From Podarcis muralis (taxonomy: Eukaryota), in NCBI RefSeq assembly GCF_964188315.1, contig NC_135667.1, forward strand, positions 25,668,001 through 25,732,000: DNA of 64,000 nucleotides, in the 5' to 3' direction. Made by a program: the position numbers and the translations under genes. How positions within the stretch are numbered: position 1 is the first letter of the stretch; each line of letters begins with the position of its first letter. The notes below the pieces were generated by a model. It saw nothing but the letters and a program-made list of their open reading frames with translations. It had not been told where the DNA came from and made no database searches. This document shows, one piece after another, positions 11,207 through 22,316 of the stretch.

Positions 11207-11979
11207 TGTTGCGGATGGGGCCGAACAAAACCCCGTTTAGTTGCCAGGCCATTGATGGCAATGGGCCTGGAGCAGATTGGTTGTTGTTGTTACTGGGGTA
11301 AATTTGATGTTGCCAATTTAGGGGTGGGATCAATGACTATATATAAGCAAGGTCCACAGCTTTCTCTTTCTCTTTCGCTGTGGACATCGGATCTCCCGCC
11401 CACCCTCCCTTGATTGGGCTTGCGCTTTGACCTTGCTCTGCCTGTCATGGGGTCGTTCGCATTGGTGCGGGGGCCCAGTAGGAATTTTTCCAATTGGCTG
11501 ATTAGTGCGTGCCTTTTGGGTTTTGCCTACTGCTTAGCAAATCGTCACAACTTGTAAGGTTGGCGGTTAGGCATTGGTTAAATTGGTTGGTGGAGGGGTA
11601 TGGATTGGCTGTGCCTGCCCCTCCAATGCTGCTGCTGACGGGTATTCCGTTAAAGGAATTCTGAAGCTTACCATCCCCTTCGTCCAAACCCTGACGGCAG
11701 GGTGCGGGCCGCGTAAGCTTCAAGGAACATGCGCGGAGTAGCTGAGGGCCTGTGTCGCAGCTCCAGCTGACTCTGACCTTGTTCCTCCGGGACTGACTAA
11801 GGAGTCAGTGCTGTCCCCCCAAGGCGGGGGGGGGGGGACAGCTAGTCCTAACCAATGCCTAAGCAACCACTCTCAATTTGTATGAAAAATAAAGTTGTGG
11901 CCAAAATTATGCCAAAAACCTTAAACAAAAATTATGTGTGATGTCTGAGTTATTGGGGTAGGGGTTTTGGGGGACCTCA
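11207..11979 (+). mobile_element. Solo LTR (773 bp), superfamily unassigned
   Basis: TG...CA ends, 5-bp TSD GCACG (11202-11206 and 11980-11984), TATATATAAG at 11338, AATAAA at 11888. Confidence 0.8.
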
Positions 11980-12103
11980 GCACGCAAAACAAAAGTACAT
12001 AAGAAGTGGTATAGAGATAGGGTGAAATTCTATACTTTTCTCACTGTAATGGGAACCGAGTTCATATTTTCTGAAACAATATGCAAACTGGAACACTGTT
12101 ATC

Positions 12104-12272
12104 CTTCTGAAGTGGGTAGGATGAAGGCTTTTTCTACCTGTGGTTCTCATTTGCCTTTGGTGGTCATGCACTATGGCTCAAGTAAGTCTGCATGCCTTAT
12201 CCCTCAAACTGAAGAAGCTATTTAAGTGCTAAATTGTTTATATATGTTACATAGTAGTCACACTCATGTTTT
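12104..12272 (+). pseudogene. OR pseudogene relic (ICL3-TM7), OR-1-like
   Basis: GRMKAFSTCGSHLPLVVMHYGS...LIPQT followed by a stop. The DNA aligns by eye with 9102-9270. Confidence 0.85.
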
Positions 12273-12666
12273 ATAGCGATCCTTCCAAATTTGCACTTCT
12301 CCAAATTTTGAACTGCAGTTCTGCAGCAAAAATAAATTGTCCACAAGAAAGCATATATTTTGGGGAAGTGTTGTATACACACAAAAAAACACAAAAAAAT
12401 ATATTGGGGAAAATCACTTGCAAAAATGTGTATATTAGGATAAATAAACACAAAAAAATGCAGACAATCTTTCATTAGGTCATTTTTAAATATAAAAGAG
12501 CTTCCAATATGTTCACTGGATTCATGTCTACTCGGTACTTTTTTCTGGCGGGATGCAGGGGTATGCATACCCCTAAACATTTTGTGGAGTTTTGTCCATT
12601 TACTGTATTTATTTTTCCCAGTTTGAACTACAAAATTGTGGTTCTCCTGAGACAAAATGAGAGCAC

Positions 12667-12667
<1 letters not shown>

Positions 12668-12730
<63 letters not shown>
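12668..12730. repeat. (TA)n microsatellite
   Basis: Direct read. Other SSRs: (TTA)n 5216-5275 and 57364-57421, (TTC)n 19157-19215, (CAC)n 24375-24424, (TG)n 25222-25260, (TAA)n 45829-45874. Confidence 0.95.
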
Positions 12731-12733
<3 letters not shown>

Positions 12734-14898
12734 GGAAAAAAGCACTGTGTATACTCATGTATTAAAGTATAGGCAAATTAACAGAACAACATTCAGTCCC
12801 TGATTCTAAAACAAATGAGGCATTTGGGATTATGGCCGTTGGGAATTATGAAGAAATTGTAAGTGTTAAAAAAAATAAAATATCAGATTAATAATTCTCT
12901 TCTAGACTTGAGATCTACACCCAACACTATTTGAATTATTTCCTAGGAACTTTCCAAAATGATTTCCCACACCCTTTTAATAAATCGGCACCGTTAATAA
13001 ATCCTTCCACTTGATTAGATGCTGCATTTCAGTATAGAAATTTGAATCAAAGGGGAGAGAGAAGAAGACGGAGAGGAACTATTTAGAATTTATTACTGTT
13101 CATGTTGCTAGATTTTATTCTGTCCTCATCACCCTACTCACATACTTGTGATATCAGTGCAATCTGGAAGATAAATCACTAACTGGGGGGCGATTCACTT
13201 TGAAAAACTTATACTTCTTCTTTTCAAGGAATACAAAGAGGCAAGTCCTTTGTTTAATTTTCTTATTGCTATATTGAGATATTATTCACATTTTTTTTAA
13301 AAAAGGAAATAATACTAATTAACTGATTTGTACATTTATGTCAATCTTTATGTTTAAATACTATATAATATTGATGCCTACATTTAATAATTGAAATCCA
13401 AAATATATGTGTATAGTCAAGAGAGCCATATTCCCAATGTGTAGAAATCAATTCCGTTGCTAAATTCTTGAATGATTTTAAAAGGACTTCAACGTATCAT
13501 TCAATGGATTGTGCCTGTTGTGTCTAATTGAATCTCTCAGTCTCTATATCACCACAGTCAAAATGGAGTCGCAAACATCATTTAAAAGCTTTTTTAATTT
13601 TTAATTTTTTATCCATCACATTCTTCCGATGAGCTTAGGGTGGAATATATGGTAGCCACCTACACACTATCCTTCCAACAACCTTGTAAATAATGTTAAG
13701 TCAAGAAATTGGCCTACAGAGAGCTGAATTAAATATAATACATTTTATGGGCTTAACAATTTTTTCAGTGGTTTGCAAGTAGAAGATACATATGGAGGGG
13801 AGGGAACCTAGGTCAGTGGGAGATGGTGGGTGTTTAAATACTTTGCCTTTTGTTGTGGTTTCAGTCCAGACTAGTCCCCTGCATCTGTTATTTATACTGG
13901 AAGTAAAGCTTCCACTGGTGAGAATGGTACTCAACACCCAGTGTATAGAGCAGGTGTGGTATGCATGTGGCAGGTAGAATCCAGATTGAGATTGCAGCAG
14001 GAGACTAACAAAAGATTTTCCTACTGCCTCCAAAGTATAGCCTTCACATGAATTAACACATTTTAAAAAATCAAGCAATTATCAGTTGTGTGAATGATGC
14101 CACGTTTAGTTTATCCTTAAGCACTGTGACTGAAAGGATTGGAATTTTTCATTCCCTCATTGAAGTCCATCTTCTATACTAGCAATAGCTAACATGGTGT
14201 CTTCCATATATCTATTCATTTCACTTATTTCATAAAATTTATATACTGCTTGATCATAGAAGACATCAAAGTGGTTACTGAAAGATTGGTGCTGTTGGAC
14301 TACAGTCCCCATCATCCATAGTCAGCATGTCAAATGCTCAAAGATAATGGGAGCTGTAGTCAAATATCATCTGGAGGTCACTACATTGATATTCACTGAA
14401 TTATTCAAAAATGGATCTATTTTTAAAAAGTTTTATTTGGAATGATTTCCAATATAATCAACATGTATTCATTTGATAAAATGTTGCCCACGGATATACC
14501 TAAAGTGAAAAGAAAGGAATGAAATGAATTGTTTCCACTTTGATTAAAAACTGACAGAAGCATTGTATTTTTGTCCATTTTCTAAAATTATTAATCTATT
14601 TGCTTCCTCTAACATTATTGAAGGCTACCCTGCTCTGGGATGGTACGTAATAGATTGAGGAACAATTACTGGGTTACATTTTTAAAAACATTTTTTTTAA
14701 AAAAAAAATTGTATCTCCCTCATGCTCTCTAACCATAAAACCAAACATTGACAATCACTTCTTAATGTATACCTTTACATATAGGCACAATACTATGTGT
14801 GATAATGAAAACTCACAGGACAATAAATAAACGGTAAGAAAGAGAAAGGAGATCAAGAGATAATGCATCTCCCTTTCTTCTGTTTCAGGTCTACACCC

Positions 14899-15837
14899 AT
14901 GCAAGACGTAGGGGAAAATGAGACGGAAGTAACAGAATTTATCCTTGTGGGGTGGTCAGATCGACCCAAGGCAAGAATGGGATTGATGGTCCTCTTCATT
15001 GTATCCTATGCAGTCATCCTTGTTGGAAATGGACTCATTATTGTGGTGGTAATAAATGACTCCCGGTTGCACAGTCCTATGTACTTTTTCCTCTGTAATT
15101 TGTCCATCATTGACCTTTGTTTCTCATCGACTGGCATCCCACAATCTATAGTCAATTGTTTAGTGGATAGACCTGTTATGTCCCTTCCGCTGTGCTATTC
15201 TCAAATTCTTCTGGGTCTCCTTTTTGGAACGTGTGAATGTTTGCTGCTGGCTGTCATGGCTTATGATCGCTATGTGGCCATTTCCAACCCACTGCGATAT
15301 ACGCTCATCATGAACAGGAATATTTGTATCACCTTTGCTGCTATGACATGGACTACTGCCTTCATGGTTACAATAGTTCCCTGTCTTGCGAAGCCAGCAC
15401 GATTCTGTGGGAACAATGAGGTGGACCATTTAGTATGTGAATTCAAAGCTGTCTTTAAGTTACTCTGCACTGATACCTCTGCTGATACATTGGGCATGTT
15501 TTTTACAAGCACATTCACGCTTGTTTTCCCTCTGATTTTCATCATTTTTTCTTATATGCGCATTCTTGTCGCCATCATGAGAATGCACTCAGATTCTGAA
15601 GGGGGTAGGATGAAGGCTTTTTCTACATGTGGGTCTCATTTGGCTGTGGTGGTCATGTACTATGGCTCATGTATGGCCTCCTACCTCACCCCTCAGAGTA
15701 AAGAAACCCATTTAGGTGACAAGATAATTTTTGTATTTTACGCAATAGCCACCCCCATGTTTAATCCTCTGATTTATACACTCCGGAATCAGGAAGTAAT
15801 GGGGTCTTTGAAGAGACTGGTGAGTGGAAAAAAGTAA
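14899..15837 (+). CDS. Olfactory receptor, intact (OR-2, 312 aa)
   Basis: Full OR motif set. The likely start is MQDVGENET at 14899, 10 nt after the TTTCAG acceptor; the ORF-track start at 14863 falls in the intron. Confidence 0.97.
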   Translation: MQDVGENETEVTEFILVGWSDRPKARMGLMVLFIVSYAVILVGNGLIIVVVINDSRLHSPMYFFLCNLSIIDLCFSSTGIPQSIVNCLVDRPVMSLPLCYSQILLGLLFGTCECLLLAVMAYDRYVAISNPLRYTLIMNRNICITFAAMTWTTAFMVTIVPCLAKPARFCGNNEVDHLVCEFKAVFKLLCTDTSADTLGMFFTSTFTLVFPLIFIIFSYMRILVAIMRMHSDSEGGRMKAFSTCGSHLAVVVMYYGSCMASYLTPQSKETHLGDKIIFVFYAIATPMFNPLIYTLRNQEVMGSLKRLVSGKK

Positions 15838-16329
15838 TACAGAAGTATGTTATTAGATGCTTTTAGTCCACTGATATATATTGGTGTTTTCCTATATATA
15901 AACTGTTATATTCATACCCCAATCCAATCTTTTTTAAAAAATAAAAAATAAACTTGATTTGGTAGTTTATTTAAAATAAATAGGAATATGTCCGAATTTA
16001 ACTCTGATTCTCAACAAATTGTGTATATGTGTATGTGTGCTCATGTACATAAGGTGTTTATTTAAAAATTTAAATTAAAATGTAAGATTTCAGACTACTT
16101 CTGTCCATATGCATTGATCATCACAAAATAAAATAAATTGGTTGTTCAGGAGCTATACTGCCTGCACAGTCTGGCTCTGGAATTAGACAGACACTCAAGT
16201 GCCCAGTTCCTGATGCCAGGCTATTCCTAGTCTAGCCTCTGTGGCAGATAGGACAGAAACTATTGGCATACCCCATTAAAAGCTCCTTATGTCCCCTGAA
16301 GATCTCAAAACCCAAGCAGGTTTGTATGT

Positions 16330-16750
16330 GAGAAGAAGGTCTTTCAGATAGCTTGGACCTAAACCACATAGGGATTTATACATCATAAAACTAGCGCTTT
16401 GAATTGTGCAGGAAACAGGCTGGAAGCCAGCCTCTATTGTTTTACCAAGAGAGTTGTATGCTACCTATTACCAGCCCCAGTCAACCATCTGGCTGCAGGT
16501 CTTTGACCCAGATGAAGTTTCTAAGTCGTTTTCAAAGACAGCCCCACATCATGCATTATAGTAATCCGAACAGGATGTAACTAAGGAATATATCACAGCT
16601 GCCAAATCAGATATATAAAGGAATGGGTGAAGCTGGCAACAGGTTCATTACTTCCAAAAGCTGTCCGAAAGCACTCCTGGCCGCTGAAGAGACCTGGGCA
16701 TTTAGGCTGCGAACTTCTATCTTCAGAGGGAACGTTACTCCATCTAGGAC
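16330..16750 (-). mobile_element. Old L2 LINE fragment
   Basis: Reverse complement resembles the L2 RT C-terminal region (LHWLPV-type). Highly decayed. Confidence 0.4.
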
Positions 16751-17881
16751 TGGCAGAATTAGGTGAAAGCGTAACTAAAAATGCCTATGTTCATGAAAAC
16801 AACACACAAAAATGCATTGCAACTCAGAAAATTGCTTGCAATATTAATCAAAACTGCACACAAAATGTGTATCTTTGGAGAAATGTGAAGTAATGTGATG
16901 AATTTTAATGAGGAAAGTTTTTCCCCCCATGCAAAGTACAGTACTGCAGAAATGTGGAGACCATAATTCTACATACTTTCCAAGTTCCAGGGACATATTG
17001 TTACATGGACAAAGTTTATATAATTCTTACTGCAGTTCCTCTTGAAGCAAACTGTTGCAGACTACAGACTCTGGGCCTTTTAGGTAATTCCTGACTCCCT
17101 CTCTCTCCTCTACCCCAGCTTACTCTTTCAGTTGTGAAATCTTGATCACAACTCTGTGACATTTAAATGGGCCAATCTATTGTATTACTATAGCCATCTA
17201 ACTGAGAGCATCAATGGGGTCTGATGTACTTGTCAAGAGACTTATTTCAGATTTTGGATACCAAAGGAGGCGTATGTTCTGTGCCCACCTGGTGCACATC
17301 TGAGAGTGAGGGAGATATGGGGAAGAGCCTCAGAAACGATATTTCAGAAAAGGAGGGGGAGGCTCCTTCAAAAGGTGCTTTTGCCAAGAACTTCAAGACA
17401 GTCTCTATGTCTTAAAATTACAGATAAATCTGAAGCAGCCTCTCCCCTCTTTAAACAAGGGGGCAGATGGCAACAGAGTTGTGACTTTTTTGGTCATGGA
17501 CCATTTGTGATAGCTCCACATCTCTCATGTGGACATAAATGGTCTGGGGATAAATGATAATGCCAAATTGCCAATGGTAAGCAAGCCTAGGACTGATCAC
17601 TGCCCAAATGGAAGTCAGCCTTGAAAACCCATAAAGATCCATGGTTGAAGAAAGCTGGGACACAAAAATGCTAAACCAATGTACTAAATAATGTTGATGT
17701 ATAAATATACCAAATAATAATACTGGCAAGGATGCTACATAAATACCGCTGGAGGAATGATCTGAAATCAACATGGCATTTCACATTGACTGATATTTAA
17801 CAATTATTTTACCTTCAAGTTGGTTTTTGCAATGTTATTTACTGCGGTCATAAGTTTTAGTTATGGAGTAACTTCAGAAAG

Positions 17882-17914
17882 TAATGAGGCATTTGGGAAT
17901 GCACCCAATGGGAA
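17882..17914 (+). promoter_or_regulatory. Candidate OR promoter module: homeodomain TAATGA plus tandem O/E-like sites
   Basis: TAATGAGGCATTTGGGAATGCACCCAATGGGAA; homologous modules at 7171, 12814, 32390, 42411, 63427 and 3715. Confidence 0.5.
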
Positions 17915-18854
17915 GACAAAAAGCAGAGTACTAAAATAAAATCTAGCCCATTGTTTCCTATATAAAAACTCCCATTGAAAATTAGTTACATCTCTATTAA
18001 TTTACTCAGGCGCCATCTGTGTGGTTTGCTTGGCACTTAAAAAATAATAATAATCCTGATTCTCCAGTGCTAATTCTTCTAAGAGTGCTCGAACTATTAG
18101 TGCATTAAAAGGTAATGTAAATTGTATTTGTATTAATGAATAGGACTATTTCAAACCAGGATTTCTACCAAGTTATTTCTTTTCTAGTTTTGCTTACAGT
18201 TAAATTCTACCTATGTTTTCTTTTTTAAAACAACAACACCACAGTTTTAACCAATTTGATGCAACTAGCTAATACATAAAGTATGGATAGTACTATTAAA
18301 ATAGATAATATAAAGAAGTAGAATTTCTTCAATGGCTTTTGATTTCAAGGAGTTTTAAGAAGGTAATGAATTTTCTTACACATTTTATTCTTTATAATAA
18401 TTATACATCGTAATACATGTTTTATGCATTTATATCAATTTTGTTCCATATATAATGTGCAAAATACTATTCTCTCCCTCACTCTCCTAGAAACAACAGT
18501 AACTAGTCATTAGTATTATAATAAAATTATTGATGTTTCCATTGGCTGTGTAATTTTCTTACTAGGCGGCTGCAACCACTGGTACTCACAGTCTAAGTAC
18601 TAAAAGACCAGTTAAAATTAATAGAAATGGCTATGCAAGGTTTGCTCATTTCTGTTTTTCTGACTGTATGGGGAAGGGAGAAATGAAAATGTTGTGGATA
18701 AAATGTTCACCATGTTATTTTCTTGTTCTGTTTCGCAAGACATAAATTTTCCTTAAAAGTTTACATTGTGGAAAGGAAACATGTGTCCTTTTACCCTCTA
18801 AATGGCCACCCATGAAATAATAATAATAATCTAATAATAATAATCAGACCCTCC

Positions 18855-19030
18855 AAATCTCTATATTTTCCAAGGACAGTCCTGGATTTACAGAAGGCAT
18901 CCTAGTTTTTAATTTGGTCCCAGAATGTCCCACTTTTCCTTAGGGCATCCCTATTTCATTGGAGAAATGTTGGAGGGTATGGAGTTATGGGACCCCTGAT
19001 CCAATGCGATAAGTAACTGTACAGACTTTA
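18855..19030. repeat. Unclassified dispersed repeat (other copies at 26995-27140, partial at 19220 and 27290)
   Basis: Shared text CCCTATTT..CATTGGAGAAATGTTGGAGGGTATG(GAGTTAT) in four places. Confidence 0.7.
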
Positions 19031-20561
19031 GGAGAAATCTGAAGGCAGCCTTGTGTAGGGAAGTTTTTTTAACGCTTAAAGTTTTATTAAGTTTACATAT
19101 ATACTGGAAGTTGCCCAGAGTGGCTTGGTCAACACAGTCAGGTGTGTAGAGTAGAATTCTTCTTCTTCTTCTTCTTCTTCTTCTTCTTCTTCTTCTTCTT
19201 CTTCTTCTTCTTCTTGACTAGGACAGCCCTATTTTAATCAGAGAAATGGAGGGTATGATAATTTAAGAAAGTTCAGTGGTTGGAGTCTCTTACTTGAGTA
19301 TAAGAGATGTTTACTGAGGCAAAGTAGAGGTATAGGCTCAGCAATAGGCAGTGAGTCACAGAAGCCTTTGCACTCTAGCCAGCTGACAGGAAAGGTGAGA
19401 GTAGGTAGCCTAGAAAGAATAGTTCAGCCCTGCAGAGACCAAGATCGGGGCAAAGAGTTCAGAACTGAAAAGAAGCAACCGAGTTGTCACAACAGGTCGG
19501 GCTAGATGAGCTTGGTGGCAAACTCTTTTGAGTGTGCAGATCCTTGCTGTGTCAGGGGAGGGGTACGTCCATAGACTAGTTCCTGCACACACACTCACAC
19601 TCACACTCCTCTCTATCATCTGTCTAGGCAAGCAAGAGACATGATCAGACTTCAAATGCATATTTCAGCCATGCAAATGTACTTAAGGGTTCAAAACAGA
19701 GTTGCTGAGTGTTGCAACCTTGAAAGAAAAGAAAGGCCGGGGGGGGGGGGCAGAGACCCAGAGGGTTGCATTCAACTCCTGGATCTGAGGGTCCCCAACC
19801 CTGCCATAGAAGGGGGTGTGCAAAGAAGGAAACATATTTCTTTCCATACTCTTCTATGTTTCTTCATGCCAAGAGTCTAGTAATCAACTCCTTAATTTGT
19901 GAATGGCATTGTTTAGTTTCCAAACTGATAATCACTCATCTACCTGAATTCACTATTACAGAGAATTCTGGCCCTTGAAAGTAATATTTATAGTATTATG
20001 TAGAAGGATTACTCTGTTTCTAAAGATGCAAAATAGGAGAAATTAATGGAAAATTCCATTGGAAAAGGCACTACCTTCCTTTCCCTCAATAAAATAAAAA
20101 GTATTATATAAGTACATCAGTGCTTTTATATTTTTGCTCTTTTTATATGTTTTTATGTTATCCTTTTTAACACTTAGGGATTAAACAAAATTAAGTTGCT
20201 TAGAAATGATGGTAAATAAATGAATAAAATAATTAACTCAACCATAACAATTCTAGGCACAAAATAACATTGTAAATATTCCCTGGGATCTCCACATCTC
20301 AGGCATTTTGTGTCAGCCCACATTAATACACTCATCTGAGATTTAGATGTTTTTTATGCTCACAAATTTTCCTATATGGTCACATTTAATCTCACAGTCT
20401 GATGTTTTATTGCTTCATCTTCTGTTACATAAACTAGGCATCTGAAAAAATGGATATGCCCAGTAAATAACAAATAAATTTGTTCAACTGTATTCTAATC
20501 TATTTCAAAACTATTTAAACATCATTATTTATCTCTCCCCGTCCCCGTCTTATCAGCCTTT

Positions 20562-21494
20562 ATGCAGGAAGTAGGAGAAAATGAGACCGCAGTGACTGAA
20601 TTTGTTCTCATTGGATGGTCGGGCCGCCCCAAGGCAAGGATGGGGTTAATGGCGTTCATGATAATTGCATATTTGATTACAGTTGTTGGAAATGGACTCA
20701 TTGTGGTGGTGGTCATAGCTGATCCCCGGCTCCACAACCCCATGTATTTTTTCCTGTGCAATTTGTCCATCCTTGATCTGTGCATGTCATCATCTGGAGT
20801 CCCCCAGTCTATAGCCAACTGCATGGTGGACAGACCTGTCATATCTTTTCCTTTATGCCTCACCCAACTCTACACTGGCCTTTTCTTTGGCACAACCGAA
20901 TGCTTCCTTCTTGCTGTCATGGCTTATGATCGATTCATTGCCATCTCCAACCCACTGCGCTACATGCTCATAATGAACAATACAGTTTGCACCGTCTTGG
21001 CTTCTGTGACTTGGTTTAGTGCCTTTATGCTAACAGTAGTCCCCTGCCTTGCAAAGCCAGCTAGATTCTGTGGAAACAATGAGGTGGACCATTTATCATG
21101 TGAATTTAAAGCTGTTTTCAAACTCATTTGTTCAGATACCTCTATGAGCCAAATAAGCATATTCTTCACTAGCACTGTGACACTGGTTCTGCCCCTTGGC
21201 TTCATCCTTTTTTCTTACATGCGTATCCTTGCAGCTATCCTGAGGATGAAATCAGGAGGCAGGATAAAGGCATTTTCCACCTGTGGGTCCCACCTGGCTG
21301 TGGTTTGCATGTTCTATGGCACATGCATATTTACATACCTCCTCCCTCAAAATAAGAACACGCGTTTCGTTGACAAAATAATTTCTGCATTTTATGGAGT
21401 GCTGACGCCCATGTTTAATCCTTTAATTTATACACTCAGAAACCAGGAAGTGTTGGGAGCATTGAAGAAGCTTCTGTTTACAAAAAGCTTATAG
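20562..21494 (+). CDS. Olfactory receptor, intact (OR-3, 310 aa)
   Basis: LHNPMYFFLCNLS, MAYDRFIAI, KAFSTCGSHL, PMFNPLIY. Confidence 0.97.
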   Translation: MQEVGENETAVTEFVLIGWSGRPKARMGLMAFMIIAYLITVVGNGLIVVVVIADPRLHNPMYFFLCNLSILDLCMSSSGVPQSIANCMVDRPVISFPLCLTQLYTGLFFGTTECFLLAVMAYDRFIAISNPLRYMLIMNNTVCTVLASVTWFSAFMLTVVPCLAKPARFCGNNEVDHLSCEFKAVFKLICSDTSMSQISIFFTSTVTLVLPLGFILFSYMRILAAILRMKSGGRIKAFSTCGSHLAVVCMFYGTCIFTYLLPQNKNTRFVDKIISAFYGVLTPMFNPLIYTLRNQEVLGALKKLLFTKSL

Positions 21495-21812
21495 GTAACT
21501 AATTACACTTTTAAAATAACTTATTTTGTGTGTAGATGTCTTATCTGTAACTGAAATCTGTTAGCTGAAAACTGTTGTGTCTGTTGTACATACCCATCCC
21601 AATTTCCAGTCTAGAAATTTAAAATGGTTCTTTTAAATAGTATCTCTATGTAGAACACTAACTTTGGTAGGAAATGAAATGTTCATCTTAATTTCTACTC
21701 ACATTGTCATTTGGGGCTGAGGCAACTCTTAAACATGCAAATCTTCCACAACATTTGCAGCTGGAAGTGGTGAAGTGCCAGTTAAACCTGTTAAATGTGT
21801 GAACTGGTTATT

Positions 21813-22316
21813 GTTGTTGTTGTTGTTTAGTCATTTAGTCGTGTCCGACTCTTCGTGACCCCATGGACCAGAGCACGCCAGGCACTCCTCTCTTCCACTG
21901 CCTCCCGCAGTTTGGTCAGACTCATGTTTGTAGCTTCGAGAACACTGTCCAACCATCTCGTCCTCTGCCGTCCCCTTCTCCTTGTGCCCTCCATCTTTCC
22001 CAGCATCAGGGTCTTTTCCAGGGAGTCTTCTCTTCTCATGAGGTGGCCAAAGTATTGGAGCCTCAGCTTCAGGATCTGTGCTTCCAGTGAGCACTGAGGG
22101 CTGATTTCCTTAAGAATGGATACGTTTGATCTTCTTGCAGTCCATGGGACTCTCAAGAGTCTCCTCCAGCACCATAATTCAAAAGCATCAATTCTTCGGC
22201 GATCAGCCTTCTTTATGGTCCAGCTCTCACTTCCATACATCACTACTGGGGAAACCATGGCTTTAACTATGCGGACCTTTGTTGGTAAGGTGATGTCTCT
22301 GCTTTTTAAGATGCTG
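21813..22316 (-). mobile_element. RTE-BovB LINE, 5'-truncated 3' end
   Basis: Open frame SRDITLPTKVRIVKAMV...FELWCWRRLLRVPW...YFGHLMRR...GVTKSRTRLND, (CAA)n tail, TSD AACTGGTTATT at 21802-21812 and 22318-22328. Confidence 0.95.

Noticed and set aside
12218-12745. 175-aa ORF and other poly-I, poly-L or YI ORFs
   Set aside because: Microsatellite and AT-rich repeat read-through.
14863-14898. N-terminal extensions on ORF-track ORs (also 35011, 40024, 47311)
   Set aside because: They run through polypyrimidine tracts and AG acceptors, and paralogs align only from the downstream ATG.
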